From NCBI GenBank assembly GCA_036172245.1, contig JAYWIR010000052.1, positions 986,820-1,006,819 of the forward strand: a DNA stretch of 20,000 bases, read 5' to 3'. This DNA comes from Raillietiella orientalis. Taxonomy: Eukaryota. Position 1 is the stretch's first letter, and every line of letters starts with the position of its first letter. Of the stretch, positions 1 through 9,929 are shown piece by piece. The position numbers were made by a program, and so were the translations under genes. The notes below the pieces were generated by a model. The model had not been told where the DNA came from and did no database searches. It saw only the letters and a program-made list of their open reading frames with translations.

Positions 1-24
1 GCGGGCGTCCGGAGTGATCCCTAA

Positions 25-870
25 GTTCTCACCCGGGTACGCCGGGGCGTTTATTTCATACAAAAATAAACAATCTCTGTGGCTGGACCCGTGGTCCAAC
101 CTCGTGCATTCCAACGGGAGCCTGCAGGGTTACCGGTTCGCGGACCGGTAAGGTCCACCGCGGTTGCAGAAGGGGGAGGAGATAAACAGAAAAGAAAAGG
201 AACGGAAATAAAAATAAATAAATAAATTTGGGGAAGGGGAGGGGTATGTGGGAAAGGATCACGCCCTGCCGGGGCGGTCCTCTGCATCCTTTGGAGGATG
301 TCGGTAAGCTCTTGCTGCATGCTGTTCCTTCAGGTGGAATCATCTTGTTGCCATCCTCATAAAGCGGACGGCAAAGTGGATGTGGCATCCCTGGCGCTCG
401 GTCCTCTTCTCTCATCACTCCAGGCAGCGACGATCTCGCGTAGGCAGCAGGGAGCTGCTAGCGAGGCTGCTAGCCGAAGGGCATCACCTAGGAGGAGGAG
501 GGGTCGTAAAGCGTCCCTGGGGCTGCCGCCGGGGGTTCCTAGGATGGCGGCGAAGAGTTCCTGGATGGGCCGGAGGGCAACACAATCCACAAGCAAGTGC
601 GGGAGGGGTTCCCGGTCCCCTAACCTGGCGCAGTTCTGGTCCACACCCCTGCGTGTCCAGTGATGCCTGCGGGGTTGCACGGGAGATCCCAGTGCAGCAG
701 CAGCAGCGCGGACTCTTGCTACTTCAAGGGGAGGGTGTGCATGTCCGGGGTCACTGCAGGTCTTCCTCCGGAATATCCGGCAGCTCGCCCCAGGGCAAAG
801 TTTCTCAGGGTGGAACACCCGGGATCGCAGCGTCTCTGAGCCGGCCCGTCTTCCGCTCTCCCAGTCCTCT
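25..870 (-). mobile_element. Degenerate 3' fragment of an L1/Tx1-like non-LTR retrotransposon (ORF2 C-terminal zinc-finger region plus 3' UTR); family copy A
   Basis: ORF 357..818(-) contains HHWTRRGVDQNCARLGDREPLPHLLVDCVALRPIQELF, matching the L1-clade ORF2 C-terminal Cx2C..E..HL..C motif. It aligns by eye with copy C (HHWTRR...HLLVDCVAL...NPRDVLKRLFLCDAL...AALCCLR). It is followed by a T-rich 3' UTR, AATAAA (plus-strand 50-55) and a terminal hairpin. Confidence 0.8.
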
Positions 871-899
871 TCTCCTTCCCGAGAGCAGTCTCTAAGGGT

Positions 900-2419
900 G
901 AAGATGGGGAATTGTCACGCGGCGAAGCATCTTCGGCGTGAGCATTGGTCGCTCGCATCGCGCGCTAGCAGAGGGCGCGACCTTCTCATCTGTCTCCTCC
1001 GCGATCCATTCGGTCTCTTTCCCTGTCTCTCCCGATGGGGACAAGCTGACGCCATCGCGGTCGGTCCGTGGCGAAGTTTGCGAAGCGCCACCCGATCCCA
1101 GGGCGCGCGCCTTTGCCTTCCGCCTCGGGCGATCGGGCAGCGTCGCGTACCGGCACGCGCTGCGCGTCCGGAAGAGAACTCCTCGATGTTTGGGGGCTCC
1201 TGTTTCATTCACGTCGAGTGCCGTCCGACGTGCGTGAGGCAGCTCTGAACACGTGGTCCAGCTCGGATGCGGCTGCTTACAGGTGTCATGGAACCCGGAA
1301 GCCTCCGGCCAAAAGGGCCCTTCGGCAGTCGGCCTGTCCCCGGAAAGGATTACACGGGATCCGGAGCGCCGGGGAAGAGGACGCGTGTGATCGTGCTGCA
1401 CGTCCTCTCTACCCTACGAACCGTGGGGCGAGACCCTGGAGGAGGAGGCGAAGGAAACTCTCGAGCTCCTCCAGAGCGTACCACGGAGCAGGGCTTTCAG
1501 GGTCGGGGTACGTGGGATCCGGCAAACCCAAACCACAACACGAGAGAAGAAGGGAGCTCAACATTCCTCGAAGGCGGAGGCGAGGGGCGTCTGCTAGGTG
1601 TGTGTCGGTGCGGGACCACAACATGCAGGGACCGAAGGTATCTCAGAAGCGATTCGACCACCCAAAGAGAGAAAATGGCCTTCGACGGCGGCATCCGGAA
1701 CTCTCTGCCTTCATCTGACCTGAGAACCGGACCCGAGTCACGGTAAACGCCGAAGGGGCCGTCCGAGAAGACTGTCAAGGCTGTGTAGCGTTCTCCTACC
1801 CTCCAGGCGTTGTTATGTGCTCCTCTCATCTTGGCACAGAAGCACAAGCTGGGTCACGGGGAGAAGTCGGAGCCACCGTTGGTCGAACCTCGTCAAAAGA
1901 GGATGAAGAGGTCGGATAAATTGACGAGGAGGTAGACCTCACCCTCTCGGCAAGCAACGTTCTGAAGCGCTTCTTCCTGAGCGACAAACTCACGTCGGCC
2001 GCACCCCTAGCAGCGCCTTGCTGCCTACAAGGCGGGACCATGGCTGCGTGAAGCAACGCCAGGGGAGGCCGGGACGACAGGGACACCATCCATTTGGCAG
2101 TCCTCTTCCTGAAGACAGAGTCAAGATGGCTTTATCTGGGAATGATAAAACAGGATAAATCTGCCAGTATCCTCGAAAGGATCCAGAGGACGCTCTCCAG
2201 CACCCGGCGATCCCTTCCCGAACCCTCCTCACTTTTGTGTGTTTTTGTTTTATCTTCTCTCCCTCTTCCCTGCTGCCGAGGCGAACCTGGCAGGCCTGCG
2301 TCCCGGTCCTCGGCAGATTCCCGTGGTTACATTTGTAACGTGGCAGACCAAGCGTCCTGCCACCGACTTGTATGTTTATTTTATATAGATAAACATCCCG
2401 GAGCAACTGGGTGTCAACT
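900..2419 (+). mobile_element. Degenerate, internally deleted L1/Tx1-like ORF2 fragment (RT end to 3' UTR); family copy B
   Basis: Frameshifted motifs occur in the expected order: VAYRHALRV (about 1142, YADD-like), REAALNTWS (GxxxN), GKRTRVIVLHVLSTL (LSxxGR/K region) and KVSQKRFDHPKRENGL (PKxxGGL). From about 1955, NVLKRFFLSDKLTSAAPLAAPCCLQG is homologous to copies A and C, and the shared 3' UTR ends at TGTCAAC. The zinc-finger segment appears deleted. Confidence 0.7.
2340..2363 (+). promoter_or_regulatory. Conserved 3' UTR stem-loop of the retroelement family (homologues at 79-103 on minus and 8668-8692 on plus)
   Basis: Copy B reads GTGGCAGAC-CAAGC-GTCCTGCCAC, copy C GTAGCAGGAT-CAAAA-GTCCTGCCAC and copy A GAGGTTGGAC-CACGG-GTCCAGCCAC. 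Confidence 0.6.
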
Positions 2420-3895
2420 CCCAGCAAGCGAGTGAAATCACGAGCGTCCCTGGTTCTTGCTGCAGTCCGCCGTCGGTCCAACGCACCCGTCCTTGCTTCC
2501 TCTTCACGCTGCGAGAACGGCTGCCCGCAGTTGGACTGCTGCGCAGCTTGGACGATGCATTCAACAAGGAATGCGCCGCGGCAGATTCGAGGGTCGGAGG
2601 AAGTCGGGACTTTGCGACGGGACAGCGAGCACTCGCAGCGTTCGGGTTTTCCCGGCGCGCAACGGAGGTCTTCGCCTCTTCGTCCCTGCTTCGAGGGCAG
2701 ATCCCCCGGCTGGATCGGGGCGCATTCCCTCTTCGAGGAAGGGCGAGGGAGAGGGAGGATGCCATTTGCGAAACAAGGGTCTGTCACGCAGACGCACGCC
2801 GAACGGCGTCCAGCCTGGGAGACGTCGCGTCGCCTCCGTGCACGTGTCTGCGCATGCGTGCTCACCTGGGATGGATTCTTTTCCGAATGAGACGGCTCAT
2901 TCGCGGAAGGAGCAGCTCGAGGGTATGCATGGTGGAAAAGGGGGGTCCGGGGGGCTACTACTACTGGGTGCTGCATTGTGCTCCTGGGTGCCGTTTCCGC
3001 CCGACGTCGGTCCCCTTCGGAGCTGCCGGGCTTCTCCGAACTCTTCGTTTTTTTTGTCCTGTTCCTTCCCGTTGCCACAGTGGAGCTATTCTCGCCCCGT
3101 CCCCGCGTGTGGAAGATCCGGCGCCCGCAGCACTTTGGATTCTTACGAAGGAGTCCAGGAAGAGTTCTTTGCAGCTCCGCTCTTGCGAAAGGTGAGGAAG
3201 ATGCCGGTTCTCTGATTCGCGACCGAAGAAGCAGCTTCTTTCCCTCTGCTTCACCTCTAATGCGAGGGAGGTCGACCTCTCCAGAAAACACCAGTTCGTT
3301 CCTCCAGGAGCAGTCTCGAGTTTCTCGCGTCTTTTGATGAGCGGTCCCGTTCCCAGGATCGGCTGCTCCCACTCCACCAACGTGGCCATCGCCCCAAGTG
3401 GCGCACTCCTCGCACAGCAGTTGTTTGAGGAGAGTCTCAGGCCAGCAGCTACAGGCGGCTCGTCTCGGCAGGCAATAACAGCGGCGGTCTGCCCTTCCTG
3501 TGCCGAAGGCACACAAAAAAAAGGTTCCCTCTCAAGCACGAGTGGGAGGGACTCGTTCCTCCGCAACCTTCCTGGATTCATAGGGAGCCCCCTCCCCGGG
3601 ATGACCCCTCAACTTGATGACTAAACACGCACCCTTGGGCAGAGTGGACAGTGCAGGAGAGCGAGCCCCTAGGCGAACGGTTCCTGAGCACTTGACGAGC
3701 CAAAAAGAGGGGCAGGAGGAAAGAATCCACCGACCTCCTCCCTCAGGGTATCCCTATCCGATGCACTGCCGTGTTTCTTCCGCCGAATGTTCTTTCAGGG
3801 CCGTTCGCACGGCCGGTGTGACAGCCTGCAGCATCGTGTTCCGAGCCTGCCAGCGTTTATTTGTTTTTATTTTGCCCTTTTCCTTCTTTTCCTGG
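2420..3895 (+). mobile_element. Degenerate L1/Tx1-like ORF2 fragment (late RT to probable zinc finger and T-rich tail)
   Basis: Motifs seen across frames: LDDAFNKECAAADSRV (about 2548, FxxxSGxxxN-like), GWIGAHSLFEEGR (W...LSxxGR), GWILFRMRRLIRG...VEKGGPG (about 2870-2950, FxW...GGLG) and VCPSCAEG (about 3487, CPxC). A T-rich tract follows at 3855-3892. Confidence 0.5.
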
Positions 3896-3899
3896 AGCA

Positions 3900-5750
3900 T
3901 CGTCGGAGGAGACGGGAGAGAGAGGAAGGGCTGGGTCGCAAGGGGAAGGGGTGGGGTGGGAAGTGGAAGGCACTCGTCAGGAGGCGACGCGAGGCAGCAG
4001 TGGCGGAGGCGTTAGCCGCCGCTGAGAGAGTCCTCGTGCAGCTCCTCGCTGCTCCGGATGTCCTCCTGCAGCTCCCCGGCGCCGAGCATCAGCACGCCGC
4101 GCCTGGGCAGCCTTTATTCGCACTCAGGGCTGCGCGCGCCCGAACGGGTCAAGCCCTCGTCTGTGCCACGGCACACGCGGGGAGTGAGAGGACGCAAGAG
4201 TAGAGGAGGATGGCGGATTGCAAGCGGGAGGGAAATTCCATGAGCATTGGAGCTTTCCCGATGGGAGAGAGAGTTGCGTTGTCTTCCGATCGATTCATCA
4301 TCTCATCTCATCTTTCCTGCAACGAATTCCTTTTTCCTCCTCATGCGACATCGGAATTTCGTCTTCCCCCCTTCGAGCTTTCGACTGTAGGTCTTTGGCA
4401 ACCTACAGACGAGAGACCCCCAGCCTGCTACCACTGTGAAACGTGCATGGCTGTGAATTTCATCTCGCTCTACACGCTTCCAGAAAGGGGTGGTGACACC
4501 ATTCTTCCACGACACTGATGCTTGATTCATCCTATCCCAGGGGAGGATCCAGCCTCCTTACGCATGCCTCCTTCTGGCGCGGGAGATCTCTCGTCCTACC
4601 AGAGGTGTGGACTCGCTCCCGCATCTCATCTTTCGAGGGACGGAGGGAGAGTTTTCGAGGATCCCAGGCGGCGCCCTTGCGCTCCCTCCCTTTCATCAGG
4701 GCTTGTGGCAGCGAAGTTCTTCCTCTTCCTTCGGAGCCCCCTGCGAGCGAGTTCGCGGCGCGCGGACCCCACCGTGATTTGCCATTACGCAATTAGCGTT
4801 TTTTTGTTTGCCGGGGTCCTGTGATTCCTCCCGCTCCTGCCGGATTCTGCGTCAGGCGAAGAAGGTCCACGATCGAATGCCGCTCGTTACGAGCTGCGGC
4901 TTCCAAAAGTTCCGCCTCGGCAGACGAAAGTCATCCATTTCCGGATCTCATCAACGGCTCCCGGAACGGAGCAGACGACCGAAACGCGGCAGACATTCCG
5001 GGAGTCCTGTTCCCGTCGCCTCTTCGAGGAGTCCTACGGGCGTTCGCGACGACGTTGCAACCAATTGCGGGTCGACTTCCGGCTCCGAACCACTCGCGAT
5101 CTCGACCTCCGAGAATTGTCCAGAAGAACTTCACAACCGTTTTAGCGTGCCGTGCGTCTCTCCTCCTGGCAGCGAAAGGCTTGAGTGATCTCGTGGAGCC
5201 AACTTTGTGGACGTGCTAAAGAAAATCACAATCACGAACCCCTGCGCTTGCTTTCGCTAAGGATCAGTGGAGTACAAGGCCGAGCCATCCAGAGGTAATC
5301 GGGTGAACCTCATTACCGCCGCGGCTGCGCCACAACGCCACCAGGCCGAGCCGATCGGGCGTCCACCGATCATCCGCGTGCTTGAGGAATCTTCGAGATC
5401 CGTGAGGGTTTCACCTGGTTGCATGCCCTCTTCGAGCGACCACATGAAGAACCGAAGCACCCCCTCCACCTGGTGCTTGAGTTTTCGTCCGCCAGCGATG
5501 GCGCGCTCTTCACAAGATCAGGGAGGAAAGACTGTCGTTCACCATCACCCCACTGCATGGCTTTTTTTTTTTTTTCCTTTTTCGGAGGTCCACGAAAAGG
5601 TGCGGAAACCAGCGAGGACCGGAAGCCGTGAACGTGCACGAAGCCGTACGTCTTTCGCGGACGGTTCTTTTCCCACTGGCGGGCGAGGTCGAAACGGAAG
5701 CCGAGATCGGCTCCTGGAAGGGCGGCTGGATGCTTTGATTTGCTAAGCAA
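3900..5750 (+). mobile_element. Degenerate L1/Tx1-like ORF2 fragment (EN-RT linker, RT and post-RT region)
   Basis: Ordered relic motifs: helical linker WGGKWKALVRRRREAAVAEALAAAERVLVQLL...LRAARARTG; LIHPIPGEDPASL (LIPKxxDP); GGRVFED (GRxIxD); FLFLRSPLRASSRRAD (LDxxKAFDRVD position); NGADDRN (ADD, about 4965-4985); VLRAFATTLQPIAG...NHS; ANFVDVLKKI; SRGNRVNLI; QDQGGKTV. Confidence 0.6.
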
Positions 5751-6439
5751 TTCGTCGTGACAAAGGTGGAAACATCCGCTTCCCCTGCAGAAACTGCAAC
5801 CGCCTGGGAACTGCCTGCGTCTCTTGTGTTTCCTTACAGGGAAAGAAAGAAAGAAAAGAAAAAGAGGATTTTGTTTGAAACCTCCTCATCACCCGGGAGC
5901 GAAAAGAAAACGCGAGAAATGAAAAGTCTTCGTGCCCCCTCATCCCAACTGGTTTCGGGAGATCTGATTTCCGAGAGTCAGGTAAATGAAATCCTAAATT
6001 GGAGGTCTTGGCTGAGCGGAGGGAATGGGGACGGAAGGACAAGGCACATTGCTGGGCGATATTCTGGAAGAAGTTTCCAGAAAATCTTTTTCATTCTTTC
6101 GTGGCTACAAGCGATTCCTTTCCTTTCCTTTCTTTTTTGGCCAGCAAGCGCACGGAAACGCAATTCGTTCGTGATGCTGCGTGATGCTACCAAAAAAATG
6201 CGGTTACGCGACCTCATGGAGATGCGATGTAAGATGCAGGAACCAATTATCTTATAGGCACACGGATTCGTTGCCCTGCAGCGTCTGATTAGAAAGAGCT
6301 ACGGAGTGTGCTGTACCAATATGCCCTGCTATCCCTCAGCCACCCAATTATCAACATTCCATGCATCCTCCTTTTCAAATAACACGCAAACCATATCAAC
6401 CCTATCATCCCTCTTCCCCCATATCCCCAGGATAAACTA

Positions 6440-7250
6440 CCCACGTCCCTATCACTACCCCTAACGTAATCATGGGACCCGCCTTATTACAGCCTGGCAA
6501 TTCGAACTTCCCCTTGCCACTTTGCTCCATCTCCTCCAGGATGCACCGCTTCCACCTCCGCCTCCCTCCACCCCATCCCTCTTGGAATCCAACGTCTCGC
6601 AGCTCCCACCTCGCGTGCCTACGCATCCGTAGAGGAAGCGGCGCCGCGTCTTCGTTCACGGATTTCCCTTGATGGAGAAAGCGATGGAGCGTTTTAGCAA
6701 GAGGGCAGAATGCTTCCAATGGCACCGGATGGAACTCCAGTTTTGGAGTTCCCTTCGCTCTCCCCGCGGAGCGGACCAGAGGTCACAGTGTAGCGAGGGA
6801 AGGGGGGGGGGGGAACACGGAAACTGTGTGCAGCTGTGCTTCGCCCGCCAACGCTCCCCGAGCGCCTCTCCCGCACGACCGGGAGGAGGAAATGTTCGCT
6901 CGTAACCCGGGCGTTGCGACGGTCCGCCGCCTCGTACCCGGGCGACGCGGAGCCGCGCTCGCGGCGTGCCAGCGCCGGGCGTCGCGCCGGGTCGACCGTC
7001 GAACGGATCGGAAGCGCGCGCAGCTTCGAGCTCTCCCGTGGGAGCGGGCGGAGGGCTGCTCCTCTCCATGGAAGCGCCGGCGCTTCTGATAGCAGCCGGC
7101 GCGGGGGGAGGGGAGCGGTGAGAGTTCTGGAGGGCCACTGCTCCCCCGAGTGGTGGATTCGTCTGGTCGTCACGTCTCGCGAAGCCAGCCGGGTGTCTAG
7201 ATCGTAACGCGCACTTGTAAAATGGTGCCCGCAGGTGCACGTGCACCTGA
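6440..7250 (+). mobile_element. Degenerate APE-type endonuclease region of a non-LTR retrotransposon ORF2
   Basis: APE motif relics occur in canonical order across frames: VPITTPNVIMG (6442-6477, IxTxNVxG), LLQDA (LQET), SWNPTSRSSH...GSGAASSF (W..S...GVA), LRSPRGADQR (YAP...R), GGEHGNCV (GGDFNCV), ASRRVDR (SRID), GASDS (SDH) and EWWIRL (WKLN). Catalytic residues are mutated. Confidence 0.55.
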
Positions 7251-7699
7251 GACACTTGATCCGCTCGCCGAGGCTCCAGGGAGACAGCAGCGTAGTCGCG
7301 CGGCGCGCGGAAGTACCCGGGATGAGGAGAGTTTGCCTCGTCCCCGGAGCGGCTTCTCAGGCTGAAATGCGGCCTTGCGGTGCTGCTTGTCACTGCTGGT
7401 CACTCGTCATCTACGTCGCGACGTGGTCATTCGGTTAATTTGCAAGCCCGTGATCACGCACGCTCGCGCCGTACGGGGCAGTTTGAGACGACAGGCTTGC
7501 ATCCGTGCTGCGACGAGATCTACGGGACTGCACGCGTGATCAGTCGGTCGCACGCCCCCTTTACATAGGAGTCATGAAACCTGCACCCTCTTTTCGCTCC
7601 ACCAGAAGCAACCTCCCTGCCTCCCCCCCCCCATTTCCTCTCCCATTATCGTCATTGTGTAACCTACCATCTCTCTGAAGCGTCGCTTCCGAAGGGAGC

Positions 7700-8741
7700 T
7701 CCGCGCTTCTTCATACTCTGGAGAGGAGTTGATCCACCAGCTCCATGGTATGCGATGGAAGACACTCCCCTGAGGGGGAATACGGCTCCGTTTTCACACT
7801 GCTGAGGGAACCCTGAAGGGCTCCTTGATTCCTGGAAGAACCCCAGAGGGTCCGTTTCTAATCCCGGCCAGTCAATGGAGACATCCGGATTCCGGGTTCC
7901 ACCAGCGGCGCATCACACCACCGACTCTGCGACCTCGATTGCTCGACCTCGTGGACTTTTGCGCAGGGGCGAGCTACTGGAACTTCCGGCGGAAGACTTG
8001 CAGTGGCCTCCGGTGCTCATGAATACCTGCACCCTCCCCTTAAAGTGGCAGGGGTCGGCGTTGACGCTGCTGCGTTGGGACCCCCCGTTTAACGTCCGCT
8101 GTCATCACTGGACACGAAGGAAGAGGGGTGGACCCGAACCGTGCCGGATACGGGGAACAGGAATCCTTCTCTCACCTTCTAGTGGACTGTGTTGCTCTCC
8201 GTCTTCTTTGGGGAAGCTTTGTTGCGTCCCTTGGAATCCCCAGAGGCAATCCCAGAGACGTTTTGAAGCGCCTCTTCCTTTGCGACGCCCTCACGCCGGC
8301 TACATCCTCAGCAGCACTGTGCTGCCTACGCGGCGGGAAACGTGGCTGCATGGAGCAGCGCCAAAGGAGGTCAGAACGACAGGAACGCCATCTGTTTTGC
8401 CTTCCTCTTCATGAGGACCGCGTCAAGATGGCCCCGTATGGGAACGGTGAAACAGGAACTTGCTGGCATCCTTACAAGGATACAGAGGACACCTTCCAGA
8501 GCAGAGTGATCCCTTCCCGAACCTCACCCCCGATTGTTTGGACTGCATGCTTTTGGTTTTTATTTTTTTCCTTTTTGTTCGTCTCCCCTTCCCCTGTGCT
8601 GTCGTGGCGAACCCCACTGTCCTGAGTGCCGGTTCCTGGCAGCTTCCTTCTCGTAGTTATGAGTAACGTAGCAGGATCAAAAGTCCTGCCACAGACGTTT
8701 ACTTTTTATAAATAATCGCTCCGGCGTGACTGGGTGTCAAC
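7700..8741 (+). mobile_element. Degenerate 3' part of an L1/Tx1-like element (zf-RVT/CCHC region plus 3' UTR); family copy C
   Basis: LQWPPVLMNTCTLPLKWQGSALTLLRWDPPFNVRCHHWTRR...PCRI is followed, after a frameshift, by GEQESFSHLLVDCVALRLLWGSF, a typical zf-RVT/CCHC end. It is homologous to copies A, B and D. The 3' UTR ends AATAAT-hairpin-TGTCAAC. Confidence 0.8.
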
Positions 8742-9300
8742 CAGCGTTGCATCCAAATCCTTCAGATCAACCAGCGTCACCTTGCGGGGAAGCTCGAAAC
8801 CCACATAGCACCCCCCGTTCTCGACGTCGATCCTTTTCCCCGGGAGGGATTCTAATACGCAATGATCTGTGCAAAGCTCGGAGACCGCATCCACACAGTG
8901 AGTGCTCTCTGAGGTCACGGAATGCTTTTCGGCACGCTCCAGGAGCCGCGCTCGTCCGAACGTCGGATTCCCGGCCCCGTTACGACCCTCGCGCTGCCCT
9001 GCCATTTTGCCTGTTGTGGAAGCGAGGACGAGGACCAAAGAATAAAATAAGTTGAAAGGTATGCGTGTGGCAGGATGGCAGCGAAGGGGACTGCGATCGG
9101 GTGGGGCGGGGGGGAGGGGGAGAGGAAAGGGGCATTTCTCATGCAGATGGAGGCGGAAAAGAAGATCAAGTGATCTCAAGAGCGATCCACGTGTAGCGGC
9201 GGTCAGCTCTTGTGCACCGGTAAACTGCGGAAGTCGAAGCGCACGCACTTCGACCGACCCACTGACAGCTCCCCTCCGATGAGAGTAGTCTTCTTCGAGG
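8742..9300 (+). mobile_element. Short degenerate RT fragment of an L1/Tx1-like ORF2
   Basis: TACGCAATGATCTG at 8856-8869 reads Y-A-D-D-L if one G is restored. It is followed by NAFRHAPGAAL (FxxASGAxLN) and AGWQRRGLRSGG (WxxRxLSxxG). Confidence 0.55.
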
Positions 9301-9929
9301 ATTCGTCTCCCCCCTTCCCAAAAGTGAAATGACCGAATTTTGTTCTTTTTCTTTTTTTCGGTTTTCAAACGAGATCACAAGGATGGATCCCGAAACTGGA
9401 TGCAAGCAGTGGGCAGATGAATTTTTGATGGACTGCAGACATCTCCAGTTGATCTAGATCGGGGAGGAACGCTGGTTAGACACTGTCGCGTGCCAGCACG
9501 TTGTTTTTTTTTTTTTGTTTTTTTACATCTCGACAAAACCCCTCGTATTCCACTCCCGCAATCGATTGAGGACTATGCGAGTTCTTCCGTATCGGGCATC
9601 TCGACGGGCAACCTGCTGGATATCAGCAAAAGAATGGTAATAATAAATCGAAAAAAGAAGAAGAAAGCCAAAAAAGGTTGTAGCCTGGCGATCCTGCGTG
9701 TTACGTGCGTGCGTGCGATCAGACTCTCAGTTTTGTACATCAGTGCGTCTGGAATTGAGTTTCTCTCTCTCTCTCTCTCCGAGGACGCTCATTTTCAAAA
9801 ATAAATAAATCTTTTTGCAAGGCTACAAGCTGCTTACTAATTTACCTCAGTTCTTCAGCTCGGTCGGGCTGATAAGCAGTTTCCTTGGGAACACAAGCAA
9901 GCAAGCAAGCAATTCATCCCAAACAAACA

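Noticed and set aside
21..50. Helitron 3' end (GC hairpin near the terminus)
   Set aside because: There is no conserved CTRR after the hairpin in the four copies, and the upstream coding relics are LINE ORF2, not Rep/helicase.
860..910. Twin-priming inversion joining copies A and B
   Set aside because: Both arms carry their own diverged 3' end, so they are two separate insertions.
1990..3516. 508-aa minus-strand ORF as a real gene
   Set aside because: It is an Arg/Gly/Ser/Pro-rich translation with no domain, lying antisense to GC-rich retroelement relics and crossing an element junction. It is probably a chance open frame.
7441..7542. Overlapping short inverted repeats (TGCAAGCC/GGCTTGCA, TGATCACGC/GCGTGATCA) as a ribozyme or pseudoknot
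   Set aside because: It is a single copy with no HDV or hammerhead catalytic consensus, and 8-9 bp matches can arise by chance.
7772..7846. tRNA-like sequence (GGGGGAA...ACCCCA)
   Set aside because: There is no convincing D-loop, anticodon arm or TTC T-loop, and it lies within an ORF2 relic.
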